Made by a program: the position numbers and the translations under genes
DNA from: Verrucomicrobiia bacterium
Lineage (GTDB): Bacteria; Verrucomicrobiota; Verrucomicrobiia; Limisphaerales; DASXHY01
DNA length: 64,000 nt
Assembly: GCA_035552155.1 (NCBI GenBank)
Contig: DASZLX010000032.1
Coordinates: forward strand, 44,903 to 108,902
Direction: 5' to 3'
Shown: in pieces, positions 16,163 to 26,254 of the stretch
How positions within the stretch are numbered: position 1 is the first letter of the stretch
Layout of the letters: the number at the start of each line of letters is the position of its first letter
Notes under the pieces: model-generated
The model's input: only the letters and a program-made list of their open reading frames with translations
What the model was told of the DNA's origin: nothing
Database searches by the model: none

Positions 16163-16215
16163 AATCTTCTTCGCTGCGCTTGCTGAATTTGATTTTGTCG
16201 TCTTAACTGCCCTCA

Positions 16216-16689
16216 ATGGAAATTCCACAGCGCAAAAGGTTGCCTCATGAGGTGCCGTCGTGGGTGGACCCGCAAAAGGAAATTTATTTCATCACCATCA
16301 ACTGCAAAAAGCGTTTTCAAAATCAGCTCACCTTGCCAGGCATAGCCGAACAACTATTCGAAACGGTTCGTCATCGGCAGGAAGGATTTTTGTGGTGGCC
16401 TTATTTATTTTTGCTGATGCCTGACCATTTGCACGCCCTTCTTTCGTTTCCTCCGTCCGGAAAGCCGCTAAAACAGATCGTTTCCAAATGGAAGGAATGG
16501 ACGGCCAAGGAAATTAAAATAGCTTGGCAACGCGATTTTTTTGAGCATCGGTTGCGGCGGGAAGAAAGCCGCCGGGAAAAAGCCGACTATATTTTACAAA
16601 ATCCGGTTCGCGCAAAATTAATCGCACGGCCGGAAGAATGGCCGTTCATCTATTTTGGGGATGGCCAACGCCCGCAATTCGACTGGTAG
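16216..16689 (+). CDS. REP-associated tyrosine transposase (RAYT; IS200/IS605 TnpA-like Y1 HUH enzyme)
   Basis: HUH motif PDHLHALLSF and catalytic-Tyr motif ADYILQNPVRAKL. 157 aa. Flanked on both sides by the same REP cluster. Confidence 0.85.
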   Translation: MEIPQRKRLPHEVPSWVDPQKEIYFITINCKKRFQNQLTLPGIAEQLFETVRHRQEGFLWWPYLFLLMPDHLHALLSFPPSGKPLKQIVSKWKEWTAKEIKIAWQRDFFEHRLRREESRREKADYILQNPVRAKLIARPEEWPFIYFGDGQRPQFDW

Positions 16690-16815
16690 GGATGGCGCGC
16701 CTGCGCCGTCAGCGCCGCGTTCAGCGGCGCAACGTGGGGCGTAATTCACGCGATCGGCTCGCGGATTCCGCCCGCTACTGCGCGGGCGGGGACGCCGTGG
16801 CACGGCGTCCCTACC
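16685..16815. repeat. composite REP cluster, right flank of the RAYT gene (direct copy of 16032-16162)
   Basis: ggtagggatggcgcgcctgcgccgtcagcgccgcgttcagcggcgcaacgtggggcg ... ttccgcccgctactgcgcgggcggggacgccgtggcacggcgtccctacc. It begins on the RAYT stop codon. Confidence 0.9.
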
Positions 16816-16838
16816 ACCTCACGGCTGTCGAAGGCGGA

Positions 16839-17894
16839 TTACTCGGCCAACTCCTTCAGCTTTCTCGCGGCTTTGCCGCCGTCGATTAGTTCGACGGCGA
16901 GGTCCCATCCTTCGCCCAGGGTGCGTGCGCGATTGGCCACGAACAGGCCGGCAGCGGCGTTTAACAACACGGCGTCGCGTTTCGGGCCGCGATCCTCGCC
17001 GCGCAAAATTCGGCGGATAATTTCGGCGTTGACCTCCCGGGTTCCACCCGCGAGATCGGCCAGCGTTGCTGGTTGTAGCGGAAAATGACCGGCGTCGAGG
17101 ACTGAAGTGGTGAAGCCGCGTTCCTGGTAAAACTCCGCGACGGCATTTTCACCCAGGGTCGAGAGTTCATCCAGATAGCGGACGGTATCCGGAGGACTGT
17201 GGACTTTCCCCGAGACCACCATCCCACGCCGCGCGCCGAGCGATTGCAACACGTGCGCGAGCGGTTCGCACAATTCCGGGCGAGGCACTCCGACCAGTTG
17301 CGCGCCGGGATGCGCGGGGTTTAAGAGCGGGCCGAGAAAATTGAAGATGGTTCGCCGGCCGCGGTCGGCGCAGAGTTTGCGCGCGGGGCCGATGTGCCGG
17401 AAAGCCGGGTGGTAGCTCGGCGCGAAAAAAAATGCGAAATATCGCTCGCGCAATGAATGCGCGGCTTCGTCCGGCGTCAAATCGATTTTGATCCCGAGCG
17501 CTTCGAGCACGTCCGCGCTGCCCGCCTGCGAGGTGACGGCGCGGTTGCCGTGTTTGGCGACCGGCACACCCGCCGCGGCGCAAATGATGGCGACGGTTGT
17601 GGAAATGTTGAACGTGTTGAGGCGGTCGCCGCCGGTGCCGCACACGTCCAGGATTTCGTGCGTGTTGCGCCAGGCGGGATCGAGCGGCGGCGCGATGGAT
17701 TTTTCGCGCAACGCGCGAGCGAACGCGGCAATTTCTCCGACGGTCTCGCCTTTGAGCGCGAGATGGCAAAGAAAGTCCGCTTTCAATGTGGCGGGAACTT
17801 TTTCGTCGATGATTTGTTCGACGGCCAGGCGCGCCTGGTCATCAGAAAGATGTCGCGCAGCGGCAAGTTCAACGATTAGAGTATCCAGCGTCAT
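16839..17894 (-). CDS. trpD: anthranilate phosphoribosyltransferase
   Basis: GTGGDRLNTFNISTT, KHGNRAVTSQAGSADVLEALG, and overall TrpD layout. Confidence 0.95.
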   Translation of the reverse strand: MTLDTLIVELAAARHLSDDQARLAVEQIIDEKVPATLKADFLCHLALKGETVGEIAAFARALREKSIAPPLDPAWRNTHEILDVCGTGGDRLNTFNISTTVAIICAAAGVPVAKHGNRAVTSQAGSADVLEALGIKIDLTPDEAAHSLRERYFAFFFAPSYHPAFRHIGPARKLCADRGRRTIFNFLGPLLNPAHPGAQLVGVPRPELCEPLAHVLQSLGARRGMVVSGKVHSPPDTVRYLDELSTLGENAVAEFYQERGFTTSVLDAGHFPLQPATLADLAGGTREVNAEIIRRILRGEDRGPKRDAVLLNAAAGLFVANRARTLGEGWDLAVELIDGGKAARKLKELAE

Positions 17895-18010
17895 GCGGTT
17901 TTCGGTTCAACGGCCAGCACGGTATACCTCATCCTGCTCGCAAATCAAAATCGTAAACTGAAAGCGTGTCGTTTGGCCGGGACGGGATGGAACTCTTTCG
18001 GCGCCTCAAT

Positions 18011-18092
18011 TAGGGCGCAGACGCGTCGTTGGCGTCATTTTTTTTCGCCCGCTATTACGCGGGCGGGCACGCCATGGCGCGGCGTCCCTACC
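18011..18092. repeat. composite REP cluster copy (shortened)
   Basis: tagggcgcagacgcgtcgttggcgtc followed by ttcgcccgctattacgcgggcgggcacgccatggcgcggcgtccctacc. Confidence 0.75.
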
Positions 18093-18158
18093 GGGGCAGT
18101 TGGGAAAAGTGGTAACCTCCTGGTTACAGAAAGTGTCTGAATTTCTCGAAGTAATTTT

Positions 18159-19430
18159 ATGGCGAACAATGGAAAATCGCGGTGGTTGATGTGGCTAATT
18201 ATTTTAATCGTGGTTGGCGGTATCGCTGGCGCGGTCGTGTGGCACTATGTAAATGCCGGCGACGCGGGCCCGCAATACCAGACAGCGGAGATCACGCGCG
18301 GCGATATTATCCAGGCGGTCACGGCCACCGGCACGTTGAACCCGGTGACGAATGTGACGGTGGGCAGCCAGATTTCCGGTTACATTACAAAACTGTATGT
18401 GGACTGGAATTCGAAGGTCAAAGCCAACCAGCTCATCGCGCAACTCGACCCGGCCACTTACAAGGCGCAGGTCGCCCAGGCGGAAGGTGATTTGGCCAGC
18501 GCCAGCGCCACGCTGGAGTTGAACCAGATTGAAGCGAAGCGCGCGGATGAACTGTTTAAGAGCAAGCTGATTTCCGACTCCGATCATGACACAGCGATTG
18601 CCACTCTGCACCAGGCCGAGGCCACCGTTAAAATCAAGCAGGCGGCGCTGGACACCGCCAAGGTGAACCTGGAGCGCTGCACGATTTATTCGCCGGTGGA
18701 TGGCATTGTGATTTCGCGGAACGTGGACGTGGGCCAGACCGTGGCCGCCAGCTTGAGCGCGCCGACGCTGTTCGTCATCGCCAATGACCTGACCAAAATG
18801 GAAATCGACGCGAACATCGCGGAGGCGGACGTGGGGGGCGTGGAAGACAAACAGGATGTGACCTTCACGGTGGACGCTTTTCCGAACCGCACCTTTATCG
18901 GGACGGTGATCCAGGTCCGCAATGCGCCGACGAATTATCAAAACGTCGTCACCTACGACGCCGTGATCAGCGTGGAGAATCGCGACTTGAAGTTGAAGCC
19001 CGGCATGACGGCGAATGTTTCCGTGGTGATCGCGGAGCGGAAGGATGCGGTGAAAGTTCCGAACGCCGCGCTGCGTTTCCGGCCGCCGGACGTTATCGCC
19101 AAAGACGTGAAGACAAACGGCGCGGCGAGAATGGAGGCGGCGACGAATGGCGCCGGCGGAAATCATGAAGGCCATCATGAACACAACGGCGGGGCGGGAG
19201 GCCATCCGCACGCCGAGCATCAGCCGGTCCGGACGGTTTATGTGCAGACAGACCCGCAGGACCCGACGAAGTTGACGCCGGTGCAGGTGAAAGTCGGCAT
19301 CAGCGACGGCGTTTACACCGAAGTGATTGACGGCCTGAAAGAGGGCGAACAGGTGGTGACGGGATTGAGCTACCCGGACCAGGCCAGCGGGCCCGGAAAT
19401 AATGCCATGCGCGGTTTCCGCAGAATGTAA
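18159..19430 (+). CDS. efflux periplasmic adaptor (HlyD/MacA family)
   Basis: N-terminal TM, lipoyl/coiled-coil hairpin region and beta-barrel region (IYSPVDGIVISRNVDVGQTV). His/Gly-rich insert near the C-terminus. Confidence 0.9.
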   Translation: MANNGKSRWLMWLIILIVVGGIAGAVVWHYVNAGDAGPQYQTAEITRGDIIQAVTATGTLNPVTNVTVGSQISGYITKLYVDWNSKVKANQLIAQLDPATYKAQVAQAEGDLASASATLELNQIEAKRADELFKSKLISDSDHDTAIATLHQAEATVKIKQAALDTAKVNLERCTIYSPVDGIVISRNVDVGQTVAASLSAPTLFVIANDLTKMEIDANIAEADVGGVEDKQDVTFTVDAFPNRTFIGTVIQVRNAPTNYQNVVTYDAVISVENRDLKLKPGMTANVSVVIAERKDAVKVPNAALRFRPPDVIAKDVKTNGAARMEAATNGAGGNHEGHHEHNGGAGGHPHAEHQPVRTVYVQTDPQDPTKLTPVQVKVGISDGVYTEVIDGLKEGEQVVTGLSYPDQASGPGNNAMRGFRRM

Positions 19431-19497
19431 CTGGATGGCCGAGCATGAAATTTTTCCCCATTCGCGATTCCATCTTCTGCATTTATGTTGATGCGCC

Positions 19498-20811
19498 ATG
19501 CCGTTGAAAAAAGCTCCCGACGAAATCGTACGCGTGCCGGAGGAAGTCACCGGGCAGCCGCGGCGGATGGTCGTGGGCGAGCTGATGCTGCGGCAGACAT
19601 TTTCCGCGCTGCGGCATCGGAACTTCCGCCTGTTCTTCGGCGGGCAACTGGTTTCGCTCATCGGCACGTGGATGCAGAACACCGCCCAGGGCTGGCTGGT
19701 TTACGAATTAACCGGCTCGAAATGGCTGCTCGGGCTGGTGACGGCGGTCAATTGCGCGCCGATGCTGTTCCTCTCGATTTTGGGCGGCTCGATTGCCGAC
19801 CAGCATTCCAAGCGCAACATCGTGTTGTGCACGCAGACGTCCATGATGGTGCTCGCGTTCACCTTTGCGGGGTTGGTTTGGAGCGGCCATATCACCACGA
19901 ATCAAATCCTGGTGATCGCCGCGCTGCGCGGAGTGGCGATGGCGTTCGACATGCCCGCCCGGCAGGCGTTCATGGTGGAAATGACGAGCCGCGAAGACTT
20001 GATGAACGCCATTTCGCTGAACAGTTCCATGGTGAACGGCGCGCGAATCATCGGGCCGACCGTCGCGGGCCTGCTGATGGCCCAGATCGGGATAGCGATG
20101 TGTTTCTTCGCGGACGGATTGAGTTACCTGGCGGTGATTGCGGGGTTGGTGATGATGCGGCTGCCAAAATTTGTGAAGCCGGAACGCACGAGTTCGGCGG
20201 CGGCGCACGCGCTCGAAGGGTTTTCCTACGTGTGGAAACATCGGCGGATGAAAACGCTGCTGATTCTTTTTGCGATCGTCGGCATTTTCGGCTGGTCGTA
20301 TTCCGTGATGATGCCGGCGTTTGCGATCGACGAGTTGAAGGTGGGCGCGGGCGGCTACGGAGCGTTGCTGGCTGCGAATGGCGTCGGCGCCCTATTCGGC
20401 GCGCTCACGGTGGCATCGGTGGGAAATCGGGCGAGCCTGCGGTTCCTGGTTTTTGGCGGACTGGGGATTTTTTCGGCGATGCTCCTGTTGCTGGCGTTCG
20501 TGCACAATTTTTATTTCGCGCTGGTGTTGCTGGCCATTGGCGGCTGGGGAATGCTGCTGTTTTTTTCCACCACCAATACTTTGCTGCAACTCGGCGCATC
20601 GGACGAAATGCGCGGGCGCGTCATGGGCGTTTGGGCGCTGGTGTTTGGCGGCATGATGCCGATCGGCGGGCTGGAATCGGGTGCGCTATCGCATTCTTTC
20701 GGCGTCCGGTGGACGATCGCCATTGGTGCGATCGTTTGCGCGCTGGCGGCGCTGGTGACGTGGCTGGTCGTGCGGAAATGGAAACCGGAACCCAATGAAC
20801 GCAGTCATTAA
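19498..20811 (+). CDS. MFS transporter (EntS/MFS_3-like)
   Basis: About 12 predicted TM helices. FRLFFGGQLVSLIGTWMQ is typical of this MFS subgroup. Confidence 0.85.
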   Translation: MPLKKAPDEIVRVPEEVTGQPRRMVVGELMLRQTFSALRHRNFRLFFGGQLVSLIGTWMQNTAQGWLVYELTGSKWLLGLVTAVNCAPMLFLSILGGSIADQHSKRNIVLCTQTSMMVLAFTFAGLVWSGHITTNQILVIAALRGVAMAFDMPARQAFMVEMTSREDLMNAISLNSSMVNGARIIGPTVAGLLMAQIGIAMCFFADGLSYLAVIAGLVMMRLPKFVKPERTSSAAAHALEGFSYVWKHRRMKTLLILFAIVGIFGWSYSVMMPAFAIDELKVGAGGYGALLAANGVGALFGALTVASVGNRASLRFLVFGGLGIFSAMLLLLAFVHNFYFALVLLAIGGWGMLLFFSTTNTLLQLGASDEMRGRVMGVWALVFGGMMPIGGLESGALSHSFGVRWTIAIGAIVCALAALVTWLVVRKWKPEPNERSH

Positions 20812-21549
20812 ACTCGAAGATGTCCACAAGGTTTACCACACCGGCGAGGTGGACGTGCATGCCGTGCGCGGCGTTTCGCTGGAGATACGTACCGGCGAGT
20901 TCGTGGCCGTGATGGGTTCGAGCGGCTCGGGAAAATCGACGCTGATGAACATGCTTGGCTGCTTGGATCATCCGACGCGGGGCCGTTATTCACTCGACGG
21001 CACGGACGTTTCGCAACTCGACCGCGACCAGCTTGCGGACATTCGCAACGCAAAAATCGGCTTTGTTTTCCAGGGATTCAATTTGCTGGCGCGCACTTCG
21101 GCATTGGAAAACGTCGAGTTGCCGCTGCTTTACGTGCATCGGCACATTCCCGGCAGCCAGCAGCGTGAGCGGGCGATGAAATGTCTCGAAGTTGTGGGCC
21201 TGGCCAAACGCGCCGATCATCATCCCAACCAGCTTTCGGGCGGGCAGCAACAACGCGTGGCGATTGCCCGAGCGCTGGTGAACCAGCCGGCCTTGCTGCT
21301 GGCCGATGAGCCGACCGGAAATCTGGACAGCCAGACCAGCATTGAAATCATGGGCGTGTTTCAGAAATTGAACGATGAAGGCATCACCATAGTGATGGTC
21401 ACACACGAGCTGGATATCGCCAGTTACACCAAGCGCAATATCATTATGCGCGACGGCAGCGTGGTGACGGATGAGGCGGTTTCGCGCCGCTTGATTGCCG
21501 AAGACGAACTGCGCAAACTCCGCGAAGCGCACCAGGCGGTGAATCTCGC

Positions 21550-21553
<4 letters not shown>
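20795..21553 (+). CDS. ABC transporter ATP-binding protein (MacB/LolD-type)
   Basis: Walker [10 protein letters not shown], signature [15 protein letters not shown], Walker [13 protein letters not shown]. Confidence 0.95.
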
Positions 21554-22758
<1,205 letters not shown>

Positions 22759-22782
22759 TAAGGACGCGCCGATGCTTTCGCG

Positions 22783-23784
22783 ATGAAGACCGAGGTCCTG
22801 GCCACTCACACGCGCGATTTGTTCAACGCGGCGGTCAAGAGAGCGGTGGATTTGTTGCGAGCCGGACACGTGGTGGCTTTGCCGACCGAGACGGTTTACG
22901 GCTTGGCGGCCAACGCGCTCGATGCCGCGGCGGTTGCGCGCATTTACGAAATCAAGGGCCGGCCGGCGAATAATCCAATTATTGTTCACGTCGCGAGCGT
23001 TGAAATGGCGAAGCGTTGTGTGTCTCAATGGCCGCCGCTGGCGGACAAGCTCGCGCGGGCGTTCTGGCCCGGGCCGTTGACGCTGGTATTGCCGCGAAAA
23101 AAAGAAATACCGGATATCGTCACGGCCGGCGGCGAAACCGTGGCCGTGCGCTGGCCGAGTCATCCGTTTATCCAGGAAGTGATTCGCGCGTGCGATTTTC
23201 CGCTGGCGGCGCCGAGCGCCAATTTATCCAACCGGATTTCGCCGACGAACGCGGAACACGTGGTGAGCCAGCTCGGCGGAAAAATTCCACTGGTAGTGGA
23301 TGGCGGGCAATCGCAGGTCGGGCTCGAATCCACCGTGCTGGATTTGACCGCGAAACCGCCGCGATTGTTGCGCCCGGGGATGATTCATGAAGACGCGCTG
23401 ATGACGGTCACGGAAAAATTGACGCTCGGCGTGGGCGAGAGCGAAGAAATTCTGAAAAGCCCCGGCCAGCTGCGCAAGCACTACGCGCCGAAGGCGAAGT
23501 TGATTGTCCTGGAATGGCGCGACGACGCGGACTTGCGCGCGCAACTCTCGACTCGCGACATCCGGCCAGCGGCGCTTCACGTCCTCGCCCACACGCACAT
23601 TCCGTCCCCGGGCGGCTTCGCGCGCGTGAGCGTGATTCCGCACGACGCGGAGGCTTTTGCGCGGGCGCTCTATGCCGAATTGCATTACTGCGACTGGCTC
23701 GGCGCGGAATTGATCGTGGTGGAAGCGCCGCCCGGTGAGTGGCGGGCGATAGCGGACCGGTTGCGACGCGCGTCAGCCGAATAG
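22783..23784 (+). CDS. L-threonylcarbamoyladenylate synthase (Sua5/TsaC, long form)
   Basis: PTETVYGLAANA, KGRPANNPIIVHV, SANLSNRISPT, plus a C-terminal Sua5 domain. Confidence 0.9.
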   Translation: MKTEVLATHTRDLFNAAVKRAVDLLRAGHVVALPTETVYGLAANALDAAAVARIYEIKGRPANNPIIVHVASVEMAKRCVSQWPPLADKLARAFWPGPLTLVLPRKKEIPDIVTAGGETVAVRWPSHPFIQEVIRACDFPLAAPSANLSNRISPTNAEHVVSQLGGKIPLVVDGGQSQVGLESTVLDLTAKPPRLLRPGMIHEDALMTVTEKLTLGVGESEEILKSPGQLRKHYAPKAKLIVLEWRDDADLRAQLSTRDIRPAALHVLAHTHIPSPGGFARVSVIPHDAEAFARALYAELHYCDWLGAELIVVEAPPGEWRAIADRLRRASAE

Positions 23785-23834
23785 CATCCATGATGAATGC
23801 GCGCCGGCCCGGTCAAATCAGCGGAGAGAAAAAT

Positions 23835-25592
23835 ATGCAAAGACGGAATCACAACGGTTTGTTTGACGAATTAAAACGAATGCCTCAATCTGCTCTGGCG
23901 ATGAAATGGTTTGGAATCTTGTTGGCAGTGATGGCGTGCGGACTTTCGGCGTTCGCGCAGGATGCGGATAATGGGACGCTCGACACGAACATTACTGACC
24001 GGGCTTACGCCGACATGACCAATTCGATTGCGCAGGATTTAAAGACCTCGGCGACGGTCCGCAAGATGTCGTTGCAGGATTGCATCCAGGTGGCGTTGGA
24101 GCACAACTTCACCATCAAGATTGCCCGCTACAATCCGGCGCTGGCGCGGTATAATTTATGGGGTTCGTATGGAGTTTACGATCCGACGTTTAGCGCGAGC
24201 TACGATCATACTTACAATCTGTCCCCCGGCGGCATTGACCAGCAGGGCCGGTTTTTCTCCGGAGTGGAATCCGAATCGGACAATCTGAGCGGGGGACTGG
24301 CGGGCATGTTGCCGTGGGGCTTGAATTACAATTTGGGCGTGAGCGCTTCCGATCAAAAAGGCACCCAGCCGGCGAATTTCGCGACCACCAACCTGAGCGG
24401 TTTTTTAACGAATGTGTTTTTGGACACCAGCTCGAACCCGGTGGTTTTGCTTTCGCCCACTTTCGCGACCCGGTCCGGGCGGACGCCTTTCGAAACAACT
24501 TCGGCGAGCGCCGGGGCGTTGAGCTTGAGCCAGCCGTTGTTGAGAAACTTTTGGATCGACGCGGACCGGTTTACAATTTTCGTCAATAAAAAGGAGTTGG
24601 AAAAGAGCGAGGCGGATTTTCGCGACACGATGATGTCCATCGTCACTCAAGTGGAAGTGGCTTATATAACCCTCATCCAGGCGGATGAGACCATCCGGGT
24701 CCAGGAGACGGCACTTGAATTGGCGGACCGTACGGCAGCCGAAAACAAAAAGCGCGTGCAAGTGGGAGCGATGGCGCCGCTGGATGAGCAACAGGCGGAG
24801 GCGCAGGCCGCGTCCACCCGCGCGGACTTGTTGAAAGCGGAAATCGCGGCCGGCCAGCAGCAACGCGTGCTCAAGACGTTGTTGAGCGACAATTATACGA
24901 ATGATTGGTTTAACGTCTTCATCCAGCCGACCGAGAAGCTGGTGGCGATTCCGCAGCAGTTCAATTTGCAGGAAAGCTGGCGGAAGGGACTCGCGCAAGG
25001 CGGCTCGCCGGATCGTTTGCGGCAATTGCGAATAACTTTGGAGGAGAATGACGCCCGCATTCGCCTGCAAAAAAACCAGCTTTTTCCCGAACTGGATTTG
25101 GTCGGGAGCTATGGCTACAGCGGGACGGGACGAGAATTCAGCGACGCGCTCGGACAAATCCAGGACCGCACCTCGCCGTCGTGGTCGATTGGCGCGCAAA
25201 TGACGGTTCCCTTGAGCCAGACCGTCGCCCGGAATAATTTGAAGGCGGCCAAGGCTTCCCGCGACCAGCAGGCACTCACGATAAAAATGCAGGAACAGAA
25301 CACGTTGATAGCGATTGAGAATGACATCGGTAACGCCCGAGGCGATTACGAATCTGTCGAGGCCACACACACCGCCCGGCTTTACGCGGAGGCGGCTTTG
25401 GATGCGGAACAGAAAAAATATGAGAACGGCAAAAGTACGTTGTTTGATATTCTGGGACTGCAGGCCAAGCTGACGACGGCGCGCTCGGATGAAATCAACG
25501 CGTTGGCGGCTTACAATCTGGTCTTGTCAACGCTGTCGTTTGACGAAGGGTCCACTTTCGAGAGGCTTCGTCTGGATTTGAAAATGCAGTAA
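23835..25592 (+). CDS. TolC-family outer membrane efflux protein
   Basis: Signal peptide (alternative start MKWFG at 23901) and two repeated OEP-type helical/beta halves. GGAGAG lies upstream of ATG 23835. Confidence 0.8.
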   Translation: MQRRNHNGLFDELKRMPQSALAMKWFGILLAVMACGLSAFAQDADNGTLDTNITDRAYADMTNSIAQDLKTSATVRKMSLQDCIQVALEHNFTIKIARYNPALARYNLWGSYGVYDPTFSASYDHTYNLSPGGIDQQGRFFSGVESESDNLSGGLAGMLPWGLNYNLGVSASDQKGTQPANFATTNLSGFLTNVFLDTSSNPVVLLSPTFATRSGRTPFETTSASAGALSLSQPLLRNFWIDADRFTIFVNKKELEKSEADFRDTMMSIVTQVEVAYITLIQADETIRVQETALELADRTAAENKKRVQVGAMAPLDEQQAEAQAASTRADLLKAEIAAGQQQRVLKTLLSDNYTNDWFNVFIQPTEKLVAIPQQFNLQESWRKGLAQGGSPDRLRQLRITLEENDARIRLQKNQLFPELDLVGSYGYSGTGREFSDALGQIQDRTSPSWSIGAQMTVPLSQTVARNNLKAAKASRDQQALTIKMQEQNTLIAIENDIGNARGDYESVEATHTARLYAEAALDAEQKKYENGKSTLFDILGLQAKLTTARSDEINALAAYNLVLSTLSFDEGSTFERLRLDLKMQ

Positions 25593-25598
25593 GCCGAT

Positions 25599-26063
25599 CT
25601 AAAGGTTTTCCAATACGCGGGCGTCCCCCACGAAGTCCGTGGCCATGGCGGTCAGTTCCACATCTTTCACCGGCAAATATTTTCCGGTCGCGCTCGCCAT
25701 GAGTTCGCCGGCTTGATTTCTCAGCTCGGCTTTGGCCTCGAAAATTTTGTCGCGCCGATTGGCGGCCAGCTCGCCGGTGGCGATGACTTCTTCGTTGGGC
25801 CGAAGCGGTTTTTGAAAGCGCACGGTCATTTCGGCGCAATAACCGAATTTTTTCAGGCGGACCGCGCAGGCCCAAACCATGATTTCATCCAGCAGCGTGG
25901 CAATGATTCCGCCGTGGACGACGCCTTTGAAGCCAATGTGCTCGGGCCGGGGAATAAAATGCGTGCGCACGACGTGCCCGTCCGACTCGAAGCGCAGCCG
26001 CAGCCCGATGGCATTCGATTCGCCGCAAACGAAGCACGAATGCGTGTGTGGCAGTTCTTTCAT
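25599..26063 (-). CDS. PaaI-family hotdog-fold thioesterase
   Basis: HGGIIATLLDEIMVWA core motif, 154 aa. Convergent with the tolC-like gene, 6 nt apart. Confidence 0.8.
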   Translation of the reverse strand: MKELPHTHSCFVCGESNAIGLRLRFESDGHVVRTHFIPRPEHIGFKGVVHGGIIATLLDEIMVWACAVRLKKFGYCAEMTVRFQKPLRPNEEVIATGELAANRRDKIFEAKAELRNQAGELMASATGKYLPVKDVELTAMATDFVGDARVLENL

Positions 26064-26108
26064 GCAGCAATAGGGTGCCGAATGGGCCGGCGGGCAAGAA
26101 GAAAAATC

Positions 26109-26170
26109 GCGTTTAACGCTTCACGCTTTACGTTTTTGCGCATTTTGAAACGAAAAGTGAAACGTAAAGA
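26109..26170. repeat. hairpin built on the ACGTAAA word
   Basis: ctttacgttt (26126-26135) pairs with aaacgtaaag (26160-26169). Same word family as 1392-1446. Confidence 0.65.
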
Positions 26171-26254
26171 TATGAACACCCGCTTGCGCGCATCCCGCGC
26201 ATCTGTTATCCACGCGCAAATGATTAAATCCGGCCTTCGCGCCGTCTAAAGCAC

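Noticed and set aside
18204-19682. 492-aa minus-strand ORF
   Set aside because: It lies antisense to the HlyD/MacA adaptor gene. Its composition is Arg/His-rich and no domain is recognisable. It is a shadow ORF.
19485-20798. 437-aa plus-strand ORF in an alternative frame of the MFS gene
   Set aside because: It has the same span as the MFS transporter but encodes an Arg/Gly/Ala/Asp-rich product without TM helices. The 19498 frame gives a textbook 12-TM MFS.
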